A stretch of 64,000 nucleotides of DNA, taken from NCBI RefSeq assembly GCF_947568905.1, contig NC_079167.1:89280001-89344000 (forward strand). The letters are read 5' to 3'. A model generated the notes under the pieces. It worked only from the letters and a program-made list of their open reading frames with translations, was not told the DNA's origin and made no database searches. Of the stretch, positions 46,801 through 61,432 are shown in pieces; position 1 is the first letter of the stretch, and each line of letters starts with the position of its first letter. The position numbers and the translations under genes are program-made. The stretch is from Ostrea edulis. Lineage: Eukaryota.

Positions 46801-47859
46801 TATAGTGACAGACAGACAGAGAAAAACGACCTGACAAATGCTGGTGTACTACTTTTCATACGTAAAATATGTTTCAGAAATTTTATAGAAATGTACTTTT
46901 TCAATAACATCCAAAATTACTATTCTCGACAGAGTCACGTGGTAAAACTGACCTACTTTTCTGAGAAAACATAGCATCTTTCCGTGACATTGCGCGGGAA
47001 AGGTATCTCGTAAGGTCATGTGGAAAAAATTTCTACTTTCATGTTTTGCCTATATAACTTCAAAAATAATAATTTCATTACATTCGTTTTATTTCTTGAA
47101 AAAATGTTCACCTAGGCTACAACTGATTTCACAGAAACTAGGATGGAGTGTTAAGATACAAGAAGTTTACTTTGCTATAAGCCCGATTTTCCTAAATTGC
47201 GATATTGTACCTTCAATATTCCATCAATTTTAGTAGTACGTTTTTCTACTGAAAAGTTTCAATCAGTAAAGGTGGAGAGAGGCCACTAGGCGGGCATAAT
47301 ATATATTTTCTCAAATCAAATAAGGATCGATATGATTTTCGTCACAAAGGAGAGGGGGGCGGGGGGAACCCTCCCTCGATTCCCAATAACATGTTTTTAG
47401 AATATGCACATTCTTACTTAGCAATGAATGTTTTTAACTTGTACAATTTTAAACTAAATGATATGATGTCTACATTATATTCATTTTTATATATTAAACA
47501 CCCTTTAATGTGTTAAAACAGTCATAAGCATGTTGTACATGTGTCGAATCATTTATTTTATTTAAAAATGGAATATATTGTATTACAATGCACTTATACA
47601 CACTATCAATGATTTATTCAGTGAATATTTTGTCTTTGTCACGTATTGCAATGCAAACCAACCATCCCAAACATTACTCGCAGAAAATAAAGATCTTTAA
47701 AAATCTATAAATTCTAAGTAATTCAGATTACTTTGATAGAAATTTTATAATTAATTAAACATCTCCTATAATCTCTACTTGCATAGTGAATAATAGATAT
47801 GGCGCTAGCACTCTAATCCTTTTTAAAAGATAAGCTTGTAAATATATACAATGCTAGTC

Positions 47860-48050
47860 ACGAGCATAAACAGAGGCGCTCATTGGTTCACGGATATGTC
47901 GGTCAAAACTGCATTTGATAATATTTTCTGCAAAATCAGCTATTTACTGACACACGAACATAAACAGAGACGCTCATTGGTTCTCAAATGTAGGTCAAAA
48001 CTGCAGTTGATATATTCTCTGCAAAATTAGGAATTTTGCTATTTTATTGA
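47860..48050. repeat. Dispersed ~90-bp tandem-unit repeat, also present at 63862-64000
   Basis: cacgagcataaacagaggcgctcattgg...ggtcaaa.ctgcatttgataatatt occurs at both loci. Confidence 0.75.
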
Positions 48051-48469
48051 CACAAGCTATATAGCGATATACTTTATACCATTAGGTCACGATTATTCAG
48101 TATTTAAATAGATCGATATGCCATTCACGTGTTCTAGTAAGATTGATATCAAGGTTTTTCGATTTAATCTTTATCTTTGATAAAGCAAGATTTAACCAAT
48201 AATAAAGCAACATATAAATAAATTTGCAATGTAATTATCATGATAAAAATGAGTGTTGATATATAAAATCTGTCATCATTTCTATTTTTTCTTACAATAA
48301 AGTACGTGATTTAGTGTTGGGTATGGAGAGAACAAGTACAATTTGTGTATTTTTAAAATTATCATAATGATTATTTAATAAATGCCATTTGTATTCATAA
48401 TTCGAAAGCCGGATAGCCTCTTTATAAGGAGACACCAAATCGGTACCGGGTATATAACGAGGAAACTCC

Positions 48470-48840
48470 TTATAACGAGGTAACTATATCTTGCTACAAC
48501 GAGATACTAAATCGTTATAACGAGATATACTCCTTATCACGAGACAAATTAATTTCTTAACACAAGAACTTTATAATGAGATACCAAATCGTTATAATGA
48601 GATACACAATCTCCATAACTTTATAATGAGATACCAAATCGTTATAATGAGATACACAATCTCCATAACTTTATAATGAGATACCAAATCGTTATAATGA
48701 GATACACAATGTCCATAACGAGATATACTAAATCGTGATAACGAGATAAATTATTACTCCTTATACATAATGTAATAAGATACCAAATCGTTATAAAGAG
48801 ATACTTTATTCCTTATAACAAGATAGTAAATCGTTATAGC
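48470..48840. repeat. ataacgag-rich repeat with a 50-bp unit x3 (~48570-48720)
   Basis: ataatgagataccaaatcgttataatgagatacacaatctccataacttt repeated. Confidence 0.8.
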
Positions 48841-50292
48841 AAATTCGTTCTCGATCTACTTTGTCAAAGACGAGTCCATCCGACTTCTGTGATTTTAAAC
48901 CAAATAACTTTAAAAAAAATAATAATAAAGAATTGAGCTTTGTCTACTTAACAAGTTAGCTATAAAGATATCAAATTAGCCTGTGAAAGAAACTCTGCTA
49001 TGATTGAAAATAACCTTGAAGGTGATTCTAAGTTTTCATGTTTTATGACGTGTAACTATCACGCAAGGTGTTTATTATGTCAAGGTAAATACTGTAGCGT
49101 TCACTTTATGCACTTCCTTGTTCTCACAATATTTATCTTAAGAATTGAATAAAAATGGTTAATTTAACCCATCAGTTGGTGCTGAATTAAATCATTTCCA
49201 TATACTCGGTATTTTAACACATTTTTCGTTGCTCTTGTACTTCCTATATAATACGAAATTATGCGGTGTAACATCACCAGAACGCAATACATGAAATCAT
49301 AAGCCAGCGGCGAATCGTGAAATTCCTTAACAGGGGGTATCACGAACAACTGGGGATGTCTTTAAGCTAGCCTCCAGTGGTTCGAAGACGACACTCTGTT
49401 GTGGGCACAGGAGGAGAGGAGAAGTCCCTTGAAGTCACTGATCTCTCTCGAAATAAGACATATATTGAGTATTTTGGACATTTCTGCACTGGCGCTGGAT
49501 CTCCCACCGTAAGCATGCCTGTATTAGTAACATACATGTACATATACGATGGTATGTGTATGCTATGTGAATTATCCTAAGAAGGGGTTGATATACGTAT
49601 AAGTTTATTGTATTGTAATTATTTTATTACGAATTTTTATATCTTTACACAATGCTATTTGAAAATTAAATACAGTGAACAGGAATTGAATGAATAATCT
49701 GATTATTACCGTCTTCCAAGGAAGACAGCATACATAGTTGAAGTGATTTGATGCAGTCTTCCGACTGTGTACTTCCTCTTTGTTGTGAATGGTAGAAAAT
49801 GCATGCTGTGAGAAATTTCTTAATTTCCCTTCCTTGGTAAAAATGCTGTTCTACCCAAGGGAAATACTTTTCTGTGATCTAATCTACGTACGAATTAACA
49901 ATACAACAAGATTTTCAATCTTAAAGATGACAAAAGGAACAAAAGAAAATTGCAATTAATGAAATTGACGAATTACCAATTCAACAAGATTTTCAATCTT
50001 TAAAAAAATGACAAAACGAACAAAAGAAAATTGCAATGAATGAAATTGACATGCAACTATTACAAGGCATTTATACGAAAGAGAATCATTATTCAAAGAA
50101 ATTATCTCAGTTTCTGCATGAAAACAGACACATTCTTTGTTCTTTGTTTTGTTTGTTTGTGTTTTGGGAATTTTCTATTTGGTGGGGCTAATCACTACAA
50201 ACAGTTTTGTAGTCACACAAAGCTGAGAATTACATAAAAATGATAAAACTTGTCCACAAAATGAAGTTCTCTAGTTTTTTTTAACAGCATAC

Positions 50293-50800
50293 GAGGAACA
50301 GTGATCAGTCTTATAACTCCTATAAAAAAAATGCAAAAGTAAGAGTGATGTAAACACGGACCTCTGGGCATACCAGAGAAGGGAACAGATACCTCAGTCA
50401 GAGGAGTAAGCATCCCCTGTCGACCGGTCACACCCGCCGTGAGCCATATATATTGATCAGATAAACGGAGTGATCCGTACTCAAAATCATCACGCACCAA
50501 CAATTGGTATGAAACATATCAGACATCATCCCACCTAATGACAGTCTATACTTGTGAATTAGCTCCTTATAACAAACATAGAATTTGCGAAATGCTGACT
50601 TTAAACGAGACTGTTGAAAATCTGCAACACCAATTCATTTTCAGCCTCGATTTAAAATTCATCATACGCAGAACGTGCTTTTGGCGTATCGAATTAGTTG
50701 AGAAATGCAGATGATAATGAAATATTGCTACATAAATTTAGGAAGTTAAAGATGGAGAAGCTGAAGTATGAAGTGACATTTACGTACGTGTAGTTTATAT
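50293..50800 (-). mobile_element. Longer 5'-truncated Penelope-like RT C-terminus plus 3' end
   Basis: Reverse complement of the 58697-59060 family; upstream it reads F(S)IFNFLNLCSNI..SQLIRY. Confidence 0.7.
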
Positions 50801-53744
50801 TTTTCGCGAATCAAGATTTATGATCGCGAGGGGGATTCAATTATAGATTGCATTCAATGTGTTTTTTCAGTAGACGATGTCTTGGTTTGCAGGAAGTCCA
50901 GAAACCTTTGCCCGTAAGCTTTCGAGCAAAATGCCAATCAGCTTACCAGTTCGAAATACACAATATAATAAACACTGCAGGTCAAGGATCCAAACACGCG
51001 CGTTTATTGGTCCACAAATATAGATCAAAATTGTATTTGACTTATTACCATGAGCAAATTCAGCATTATAACTTAAACAAAATGTTGCAATTTTCAGAAA
51101 TGTACATGGATTTATTTTAGATTTGTTTAATTTCTTAAAATCTTTCATCCTCATACCACAGAACCAACTTGTTTATATCTTTTTCCTGTGTAGTAAATAT
51201 CTATATCCATACCTAAATTATATTTGTCAGTCATACATCAAGCTGTAACTTATCATAGAAATGGAAACCGTTAAATATATCAATGTATTTTAAAATATTA
51301 TATTGCTTCATTATCATGATAACTATATCTGTATGACCTCGACCATGTATTTGTATGGAGAGGGCTTATATAGACAACACCTGTTGTCCAATCCTTTTAT
51401 GTATTATACATAATAAAATATTATTTAAACTAAATTTAGCATTTTACTTTATTCATAAAATTATATTGACATGCATGTAATATAAATCCGTAAGTCACCA
51501 CTAAGTATTTACATGAGTGTTCGGACATGGTATTCAAATTAGAGATAGATTTCAAAATATTTCACAGTTCATTTGCATGAATAATATTCGGCTTTGAGTT
51601 TAAAAATAACCCCAAAACAATTCGTTATATGAAAAGCTATTAGAAGATTAAACCGTTGGGAAGTGAACAAACTTATTCTCATATTCCATGTAAACCTAAC
51701 CAGATAAATGTATATCGGCAATGTCATTATTATTCACAGAAATAGTTGCAATGATTTTTTTTTTATCCTATTATTCTAATTTTGTATATATACTTACTGA
51801 AATTTCATCAAAATTGATAAAATTCGGTACACGTAACTTTTAAACATTAACGGGGATACCCCCTTTGAATAGTTCGAAAATACGAGACAAGCAGTGTAAA
51901 ATCAAAGTCAAGTTTTCGCAAAAGCTCGAAAAACTTGCAATCAATTCATTCGATTTTTCTGAAATAATTCACATAATCAATCTATTATTCAGGTAAAGAC
52001 ACAATGATGATTTTTAATATTGAAATTTTACAACATTTTTTTCATTATAGTCAATACTTTCATTAAAGTCTTGTCTTCGATGAAAGAAATTCTATATTAA
52101 AAAAAAAAATACCAAGAATTTTTTCCTCAAGTTTTCCAAAATTAGTCCTATGTGGGTTTATCAGTGGGATAGTGATCTTTCTGTTTTCCCCCAAATTATT
52201 TTTTCTACCTCCTCCCCTTTATAGAGATACTGAAGATAACATTGTGGGTTGCTTTTTAAAGGAATTTGAAGATGTGTAGATACTTGCAAAGAGCTGAGAA
52301 ATTCAATGGGTTTGAATTGGAAATTTGACAACACACTCTACAGCGTGTGTAAAGATTAGTTCAGTAAAACAGGCCGAATACCTTATAAAAGGACAACGGC
52401 ATTGTTTGTTTAACAGGGTTTCCATGTAGCTAGATCTTGAGAATAAGATGATGTGAGAAGTATGATTCTCATCTCAAACTAGTATTTTCAGGAGATAAGA
52501 TGTATTTCTGTATGGATAGGTTAATAACCAAGGGATTAAAAAAGGGAATTATATTTTTTACATCTTCCAAATCGTAATACTAGTATATGCAGAGTAGAGT
52601 TAGGGCAATCATTCTTTGTAAAAAAAAAAAAAAAACAAACAAAAAAAACAAACAAAAAACAAAAAAAACCGTACAGTTGTGAATAATTACATACATGTAT
52701 AAATTCATCAAGAAAGGAAGACAGATGTTTGGACATCTTATAAATAGTAAAAGGATAGACTTAGAAACTTTATTTATATATCCCAATCTTGAGATTGACC
52801 AAATACTTTCGTATATTCATCGTGCAGAGTGTTCGTGGGGGTAGTGAAAGTCCTCAAAATTCTATAATAGAAAGATAAGATCCACGCACGTGATAAAATT
52901 GACATAAAACAAACAAACGAATTCAAAACTAAGTGTTGATATGTAATGCCAGGGGATATAAAATGTATTTCATTAAATTCTATGGTTGTTGCGATATTAT
53001 CGTTAGAACCTGTCAAATATCTATATACATGTATATCCTTACTGATTGTCCATTCTATGTTGAAGAGAGAAATATGTTTTTTTAATGGTATATACAAGCT
53101 CAACAAAAATTTTATCTATCTAACAAATAAGGACAAATTCACTTGGTTGATGATTAACGAAGACAAACCAGTAATTGTCAAATTGAGTGAATATTTAGTG
53201 CAAACTTTCAGAAAAAGAAGTGATGCAAAAGTCATTATAGTTTATTATTCATATATTGGTATAATACTGATACTGTCCATTTACTTGTATATATACATGA
53301 TTAGCAATTCATATATGTATGTACTTGTTTCCCCAACATGCTGCATCCACATGCAGTTTGCAGTCTATGTAACCTGTAGTTAATGTTGTAAACTTTCTTT
53401 TTTGAATTTCCTTCTTATAAACTGTCTTACTGTTATGCCCTCTTGGCCCAAAATTGGAATAAACTTATCTTATCTTATCTATATCCCTAGGTACCCATTC
53501 TTCCCCATTGTGTATCCCGTGCAGGGGTGGGGGCTATAACTATAAAGGATTCTGCTTTCTGTCCGCGGGGGAAGATTAACTTTACATCCATTCTTACCCA
53601 GGAATGGTGGTGTCTCCTTCATGACATCAATCCAAAGAAACGGTCATACTTCATAAATATTTACAATTAGCAACAAATGGAAAATACTTAGACGTGTGTA
53701 TTGATCTTTTACCCTGTGCATTATATACATACTTGTATATCCTT

Positions 53745-54672
53745 TGTATTATAACTATAATTATGACTATCATTAGTAGTACTAGTACTATTGATGGGTT
53801 GTGTTTTCATGGTATTATAACTATAATTATGACTATCATTAGTAGTACTAATACTATTGATGGGTTGTGTTTTCACGATATTATAACTATAATTATGACT
53901 ATCATTAGTAGTACTAGTACTATTGATGGGTTGTGTTTTCACTGTATTATAACTATAATTATGACTATCATTAGTAGTACTAGTAGTATTTATGGGTTGT
54001 GTTTTCACTGTATTATAACTATAATTATGACTATTATTAGTAGTACTAGTAGTATTTATGGGTTGTGTTTTCACTGTATTATAACTATAATTATGACTAT
54101 TATTAGTAGTACTAGTAGTATTTATGGGTTGTGTTTTCACTGTATTATAACTATAATTATGACTATCATTAGTAGTACTAGTACTATTGATGGGTTGTGT
54201 TATCACGGTATTATAACTATAATTATGACTATCATTAGTAGTACTAGTACTATTGATGGGTTGTGTTTTCACGGTATTATAACTATAATTATGACTATCA
54301 TTAGTAGTACTAGTACTATTGATGGGTTGTGTTATCACGGTATTATAACTATAATTATGACTATCATTAGTAGTACTAGTACTATTGATGGGTTGTGTTA
54401 TCACGGTATTATAACTATAATTATGACTATCATTAGTAGTACTAGTACTATTGATGGGTTGTGTTTTCACGGTATTATAACTATAATTATGACTATCATT
54501 AGTAGTACTAGTAGTATTGATGGGTTGTGTTTTCACGGTATTATAACTATAATTATGACTATTATTAGTAGTACTAGTAGTATTGATGGGATGTGTTTTC
54601 ACGGTATTATAACTATAATTATGACTATTATTAGTAGTACTAGTAGTATTTATGGGATGTGTTTTCACGGTT
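53745..54672. repeat. 66-bp minisatellite, ~14 copies
   Basis: 22-codon period in both the + and - ORFs that span it. Confidence 0.95.
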
Positions 54673-55613
54673 CTTTATGTAATTTTATACATGTGCTATA
54701 ATAAGCTATGTAATAAACATGACCTTACCCTGATATTTTTACACGGGTATTTGCGTTTTTTGGTAGCATTTAGTCCAAGTGGCTTTTTGTTTTGTTTTTA
54801 CCACAACGGTTTTTTATTACGTGTGTGCTAATCTATTTATAAGGGATAGATCCTTGAACAGAAAAAAAGTTATTGAAATGCCACAATTTGTTCGTGAATA
54901 TTGAATTAGAATGACAAATGGACGGTCAATAGAGGGAGATCAACTGGTTGTAGTGTTGAATTAATACAAAACAGGATGCCTGATACATTACGTAAAAATA
55001 TTGTATACCGTTTTACAGGATACGCGCCAGTATTGACCATCACCAAGGATGTCGCTAGCATGTTTTGGTTTGTTTATTTGTTTAACATATCCTGTATTGC
55101 ATGAGGGAATTCTGGATTAAAGCCTGGACACATTTAGTGACATCACCCTATTTCGTTCGTATTTATTATATGTGCAGTGTACCTAAAACCATAGAAGTAT
55201 TGGAGGGGGTATTTAGTATCTTCTGTACATAGCATATCCTCAGTAAGTTTTCGAGAGGTATCTCTCAATAAAATTAATATTTCCTTTTATGCGATAGTAA
55301 TTGGAAATGGAAAATACTATAAATCACTGTTAAAAGAAATAGTGNNNNNNNNNNNNNNNNNNNNNNNNNNNNNNNNNNNNNNNNNNNNNNNNNNNNNNNN
55401 NNNNNNNNNNNNNNNNNNNNNNNNNNNNNNNNNNNNNNNNNNNNNNNNNNNNNNNNNNNNNNNNNNNNNNNNNNNNNNNNNNNNNNNNNNNNNNNNNNNN
55501 NNNNNNNNNNNNNNNNNNNNNNNNNNNNNNNNCAAGAATATTTACATAAGTTGGCTGAAGGTATATAAATGTATACACAAAAAAAAATAAAAAAATAAAA
55601 AAAAAACCCACAA

Positions 55614-56049
55614 AACCACCCGCAGTATAACTACACTAAATCTACACCACCCTCAGTATAACTACACTAAATCTACACCACCCGCAGTATAACTACACTA
55701 AATCTACACCACCCGCAGTATAACTACACTAAATCTACACCACCCGCAGTATAACTACACTAAATCTACACCACCCTCAGTATAACTACACTAAATCTAC
55801 ACCACCCGCAGTATAACTACACTAAATCTACACCACCCGCAGTATAACTACACTAAATCTACACCACCCGCAGTATAACTACACTAAATCTACACCACCC
55901 GCAGTATAACTACACTAAATCTACACCACCCGCAGTATAACTACACTAAATCTACACCACCCTCAGTATAACTACACTAAATCTACACCACCCGCAGTAT
56001 AACTACACTAAATCTACACCACCCGCAGTATAACTACACTAAATCTACA
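55614..56049. repeat. 31-bp minisatellite, ~14 copies, inside a Penelope terminal region
   Basis: Unit cacccgcagtataactacactaaatctacac. Confidence 0.93.
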
Positions 56050-56189
56050 AACGTAGTTACATTGCAAATTATATGTTCATTGTTTTTAGCTTGCTAATCA
56101 ATGTTTTGTGGAGAGCAAATTACGAGAAGTCCTATTCGCCCAAGGGGTTGATCCACAATTAACGCGCGAAGTAGTAATGCTCTCAGCTA

Positions 56190-56437
56190 GGGCGAGATAA
56201 CTAAATATGTTAATTGATGCAGGTAGGACGAGATAACTAAATATGTTAATTAGTGCAGGTAGGACGAGATAACTAAATATGTTAATTAGTGCAGGTAGGA
56301 CGAGATACTAAATATGTTAATTAGTGCAGGTAGGACGAGATAACTAAATATGTTAATTGATGCAGGTAGGACGAGATAACTAAATATGTTAATTAGTGCA
56401 GGTAGGGCGAGATAACTAAATATGTTAATTAGTGCGG
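56190..56437. repeat. 36-bp minisatellite, ~7 copies
   Basis: Unit cgagataactaaatatgttaattagtgcaggtagga. Confidence 0.9.
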
Positions 56438-57874
56438 AAGGCAACTCGTACCCAGTCAGATACTCTCGTTACTGTGTACACAAAAAAAAAAAAACCCATA
56501 AAGGTAATTAAAAATAGTTTTAGAAATTCAATAAATGATAGATAAAAGGAATTAAAAAAAAATAGAAATATGAAATAGATAAATATATAAGGTGGACCAA
56601 CTCGAGAAAACGAGAAAGTCAGGTAATCATCGTGCAGGTATTCCCGTACTGGTCTAGGACAGAATGGTAAAATCCTACACTAACAGAGAACTGATCATGT
56701 CAAATGATTGTGACACGAGAGGTGCATGTAGATCGTTTGAAAATCATTATGTAGCCTAGTAAATTAGCATACGAAACTAGTAAACAGGGATCTAAGCTAG
56801 CCATAAAATAAAGAATATAGCTGTAGTGTTAGGGACATGATCAAAGGAGTAGATGAAGCTCATAATCTGTTAAAGCTTTAGTACGTATTCATCCTGGTGA
56901 AGTCAGTAGGTTTGTAGATACCTTGGGGTTCGAATGACTTCAGCCTGCACATCCAGAATGTTTCCTTTTGCTTTCTTTTGGTATTTGATCAACTTGGGTT
57001 GTGGTCAATAATCACTATTGTCATGTCCTCCCATTGGTGATTGCTACCATTGAAATTTATAGCTCCTCGACATTCTTTCTTGGTTCTGACAGAAGGCCGG
57101 TGGTTGTTGACCCGTCTGTGAAGGTGTGTTGTTTCTCCTACGTTCTTTTCTGGCAGACACGGCAACTGATGAAATAAACGCCGTTATTACTCCGTCAATC
57201 TTTTTGTAATTTGTGGTAATGCACAATCTCTCTCTAAAGGAAATATTTCCATATAAGTATCTATGTAGATATGTACATCATCAGATTGAGAGATCAGAGA
57301 AAGAAATACGTAAATAAATCAGTTCTCCTAGAGTCGGAAGTCTGAGCTCTACTGGGTGAGTTTGTGTCCTATATCAGCTTCAATGACTAAGCTAAAAGAA
57401 TCCCCATTTCTTTTCAGATACCCGTCACTCCGAGGAACTACATTAGGATGTACACGTGACCAGGCTTATCTTGCATACTAATTCGTTTGTTGAGGAATAC
57501 TTTTGCATTAAAATCGATTTATAATTATTTTTGATGGAATTTCACAGCGTTGTCACAGATATGCCATCGAAAGTGCAATGATAATTTATTAAAATATTTA
57601 TGTAAAAGTTACTTGACCCAGTTTATTGCACCGAATAACGTATTCTTGAATTACTCAATAGTAGCTACAATGTACTCGCTATACATATGTTACATGTATG
57701 TACGAACATATTCGTATTGTCAATTATTAGGAAGTCTTAATATTCAACATATATTTACGACAATCCCAGTTTAGAGGTTTGTGTAATCAAATTCCTTTTA
57801 TGAGTTACACGGCAAATTGTCGGTCCTGGAACCTACGTAATACGACAACATAATATCAATGATGTAGGTGAGAT

Positions 57875-59570
57875 TGAGGGATGTTCGATATGTAATGTGT
57901 ATTGTACCACAGGGCGATAACGCTTTGCACGATTTCGTGGATGATAATACTCTTGAATAGCTCTATTCAATACCTTTCCAACGATATTAACACGAGCCTT
58001 CAGCTCCACATAGTTTTAAACTTATAGTCATTTCAATAGAGCCAGTCGTTGACCATGTTGTAAAAATGGTTGTGAAACAGGTTGAGAATATTGAAGAAAT
58101 TAGAGCTTATAGAAAAGTTCGCACAAAACGCGGGCATTCGATACTGCAGATTTTTACTGAATCGGGGGAAGTTTATGGGTCTGATAAGGTATCTTATGAG
58201 ACAGTTCGTAGGTGAAGAAAGAAATTCCTGACTGGTACAGAGTCCGACAAAGATGCAGCAAAAATCTGGCCGACCTGTGACTGTATCAGGTGAGGCAAAT
58301 GTCTCAAACGTCAGGGAAATAATTGAAGTGATGACAGATACACGATTCGTGATATTGCCAAAGCTGTTGGCATATCGCTATCGCGTGTGCATTTCATTAT
58401 AAAGCGTATTTTGAAAGTACGAAAGATTTCTGCCAGATGGATGCCGCATATATTGACAGATGACCAAAACGGGTACGAGTACAAACCGCTAAGCAATTGC
58501 TCAAAATGTTTCCCAAATTCAGTCAAAGACAATTTGCAAACATTGTTACTGGTGACGATACATGGGTTCACTGTTTCGAATCAGTAAGAAAAATTGGAAA
58601 CAAAATATGGCTAACTAAACACAGTAGGAGGCCTGTAGTTGCCCAAAGAACCATAAGCACAAAGAAGGTTCTTTATTGCATATTCTTCTCATGTGAAACA
58701 AGTTGATGGTACAAGGGTTTCAACAGTCTTGATTGAAGTCAGCATTTCGCAATTCTATGGTCGTTATAACGATCTAGTTCGTCAATACAACCTATATTTG
58801 GGTCAAATGCTGTCTGACATGTTTCATACCGATTGCTAGACCGTTCTTGGCACGCTGGTTTTGGCTGTGGATGGCTCTGTTTGCCTGATCAGGATATAGG
58901 GCTCGCGGCGGGTGTGACCGGTCGACAGGGAATGCTTATTCCTCCTAGGCACATAATTCCACCTCTGGTGTATCCAGGAGTCCGTGTTTGCCCAACAATC
59001 TATTTTGTATTGCTTATAGGAGTTATGAGATTGATCACTGTTCGTTATCTTCACCTTACATGGTATAGCCGTTCCGGTGCCGAAGGGCAAAAGTGTTACA
59101 GGTCGGTATTACCGAGATGTTATATTAAAAAAGCTCAAGAAATATTATCAAAAACGACGCCCTGTGTCAGGATTTATGCATGTTCGTCTACTTCATGATA
59201 ATGCTCCTTCACATACATCTGAGCTTGTGAAGCAATATCTGAAGTTGGAGAAGGTGACCGTCTTGCCACACCCACCATACTCTCCAGATCAAGCCCCATG
59301 CGGCTTTTTTCCTTTTCCAAAACTTAAAAAGTTCTTATCTGGTCGTCGTTACAAGTCCCGACAAGCCCTTGCCTCAGCTATCAGTCAGTGCCTCAAGAGG
59401 ACTACCTAAATCAACGTACCGTGACGCATTTCAGAAATGAATTCAGAGATTGAAATTATGTATATCAAACCGCGGAGAATACTTTGAAGGGATGTAATGT
59501 TCATTTCACTATTTGAGTCGAATGTTTTTGAGATATCGTACAATACACATTACATATCGAACAGCCCTCG
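57875..59570 (+). mobile_element. Tc1/mariner (mariner-like) element with decayed transposase 58066-59497
   Basis: TIR cgagggctgttcgatatgtaatgtgtattgtac (degenerate on the left), TA after 59570; SGRP, WMPHIL, TGDDTWV, LLHDNAPSH, HPPYSPDQAPCGF, EYFEGM*; internal stop, frameshifts and an insert. Confidence 0.9.
58697..59060 (+). mobile_element. 5'-truncated Penelope-like retroelement inserted in the mariner transposase
   Basis: NKLMVQGFQQS*LKSAFR.FYGRYNDLV..LGQMLSDMFH; removing it restores the mariner CDGIA codons; no TSD. Confidence 0.75.
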
Positions 59571-61432
59571 TATGTTATTTCAAAATACATAAAGTAATTT
59601 GCTCCCGGAACAAATTCAAACTTAGAAAAACGTTACAAACCATACTACCAATATAACAGATAGTGATCAATCGTTTCAATAAAACACGAGAGTCATATTT
59701 CATATTAATCTGAAGAGTTGACTCATGAAATCGCACCATATTCTATATAATAACATTTAATTGCACTTGTTCAAATAACCACACGTCGCATAATGGATAA
59801 TTTTTCGCTGCTCGCTTCTACTGGTTTAAAATCCGGGAAATGTTATCAGTAGTCATGTTGACAATGTTTTACATGAAACCAACTAACTATTTTCTTAATC
59901 TTCAAAATAGAAATAAAAGTAAAGCAGCTTACAAACCGATTAGATCAGAAAATGATACGTAAATAGGAAAAAGAACAAAGTATAATTCTCTTAGTAGTTG
60001 ACAAAACATTATATAGTATTAAATTCTAAAAGGATGGAAACTTAAATCCTAAGGAGTATTTAAAAGATAATGTCCCTACGTTAGATCATTACGATAGTTC
60101 TTCAATTTCATACATAGAAGCATTAAATAGACTAAAACATGTTTAACATTAAAAACCCGGATAGGGACGGATTTACTGTTGTATTTGTTAAAGTCTTTTA
60201 GAAAATGTTGAGTAATTTTGTCGTTCGCTCCGTAAGGAAGTTAGCTCCCGAGCTTTTGAGCACAGCTAAGTAGGATGCTACAATTAAGTTTTTACTGGTT
60301 CAATACTGATTCCATCTACATGTATTACTGAACCTTATTCAGTTGAAATTGTTTGTGTCAATTCAAATTTTGAAAGGGTTTGGCAGGGACTATATTTTGT
60401 GGCGGAAAGATTGATTCATCAAAAAGCTCCAAATCTGCATGATATTACAGTTTCTATTTCATCCACTATATCTTCTATTTTTATACTTTTATACTTGTAT
60501 TTCAGTTTTATAATTTACGGTACAAGTAGTTGAGACTCGGAACTAGTTCAAATGTTTTAATTTATTAATTTGGTCGATATATGTTTCCAAACAGAACAAT
60601 TTTTAAAAAAGTTTAAATCGATTTACTCGAAATTTTGTACAAAAATTTGTTATTTTCGCCAATAATTAAAACAATGGGATCTCTACCCCCTTTCAGATTC
60701 CATTTTAAATTTTAAGACAATACCTTGAAAATTAAGTGAAATTTTAGAAATTGACATTACTCCTAATATGTCCTTTTAAAGTCTCAAACTTGATATCATG
60801 AATTTGTTCTCATATCAAATGCAACATGGTCACTATTTATTTCCATTACTTGTATCAAACTTTTTTTTATCTGTATTGTTAGAAGACATGATAATGTTTC
60901 TATTTTATGTAATGATTGATTTGTGTTGCCTATGCTGTGGTGACACCAACAAACAAATCAAGTTTAATTGAATAAATCTTGAGTCAATTTTAAGAATATT
61001 TAGTGCAAAAAGATCATCTTTAGAACACTGTAACTCAATAATGAGCATTGTGACCCCATATTTTCTTTTTAACTTCCTACTCCTCCCTCAATGTAGAAAC
61101 AAAAAATACACTTCCCCCAAAAAATGACATTACTCTGAATCTCAGGTGCGAATCACGTTACAAAACTGGACTACTTTCCTCCGCACGAAAACAACGAATA
61201 ACATGAGTACTCAAAGAGAGTAAAAGTAATTTTCAATTTAGCAATTATAGGCTAAGATCATTTCAAAATATGATTTTTAAAATTGGGTGGACTTTCAAAA
61301 TATGATTTTTAAAATTGGGTAGACTGCATGGCACACTAATGAAACAATAGGTCCATGAGCCACATTGTTCACCTGAATCACATTGTTGCTGCTGTTGTGA
61401 ATTTTAATTTTATTTCAATTTGTATTCCCATG

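Larger units (their letters stand above)
55533..57230 (-). mobile_element. Penelope-like element 3' part: degenerate GIY-YIG endonuclease (~57230-56900) plus terminal region
   Basis: NNGVYFISCRVCQK..(V)GET, then EDMTIVIIDHNPSW..RKAKETFW..L..FEPQGI, with stops and frameshifts. Confidence 0.72.

Noticed and set aside
52536-53383. Cluster of 66-145-aa ORFs
   Set aside because: AT-rich and low-complexity, with no motifs or splice support.
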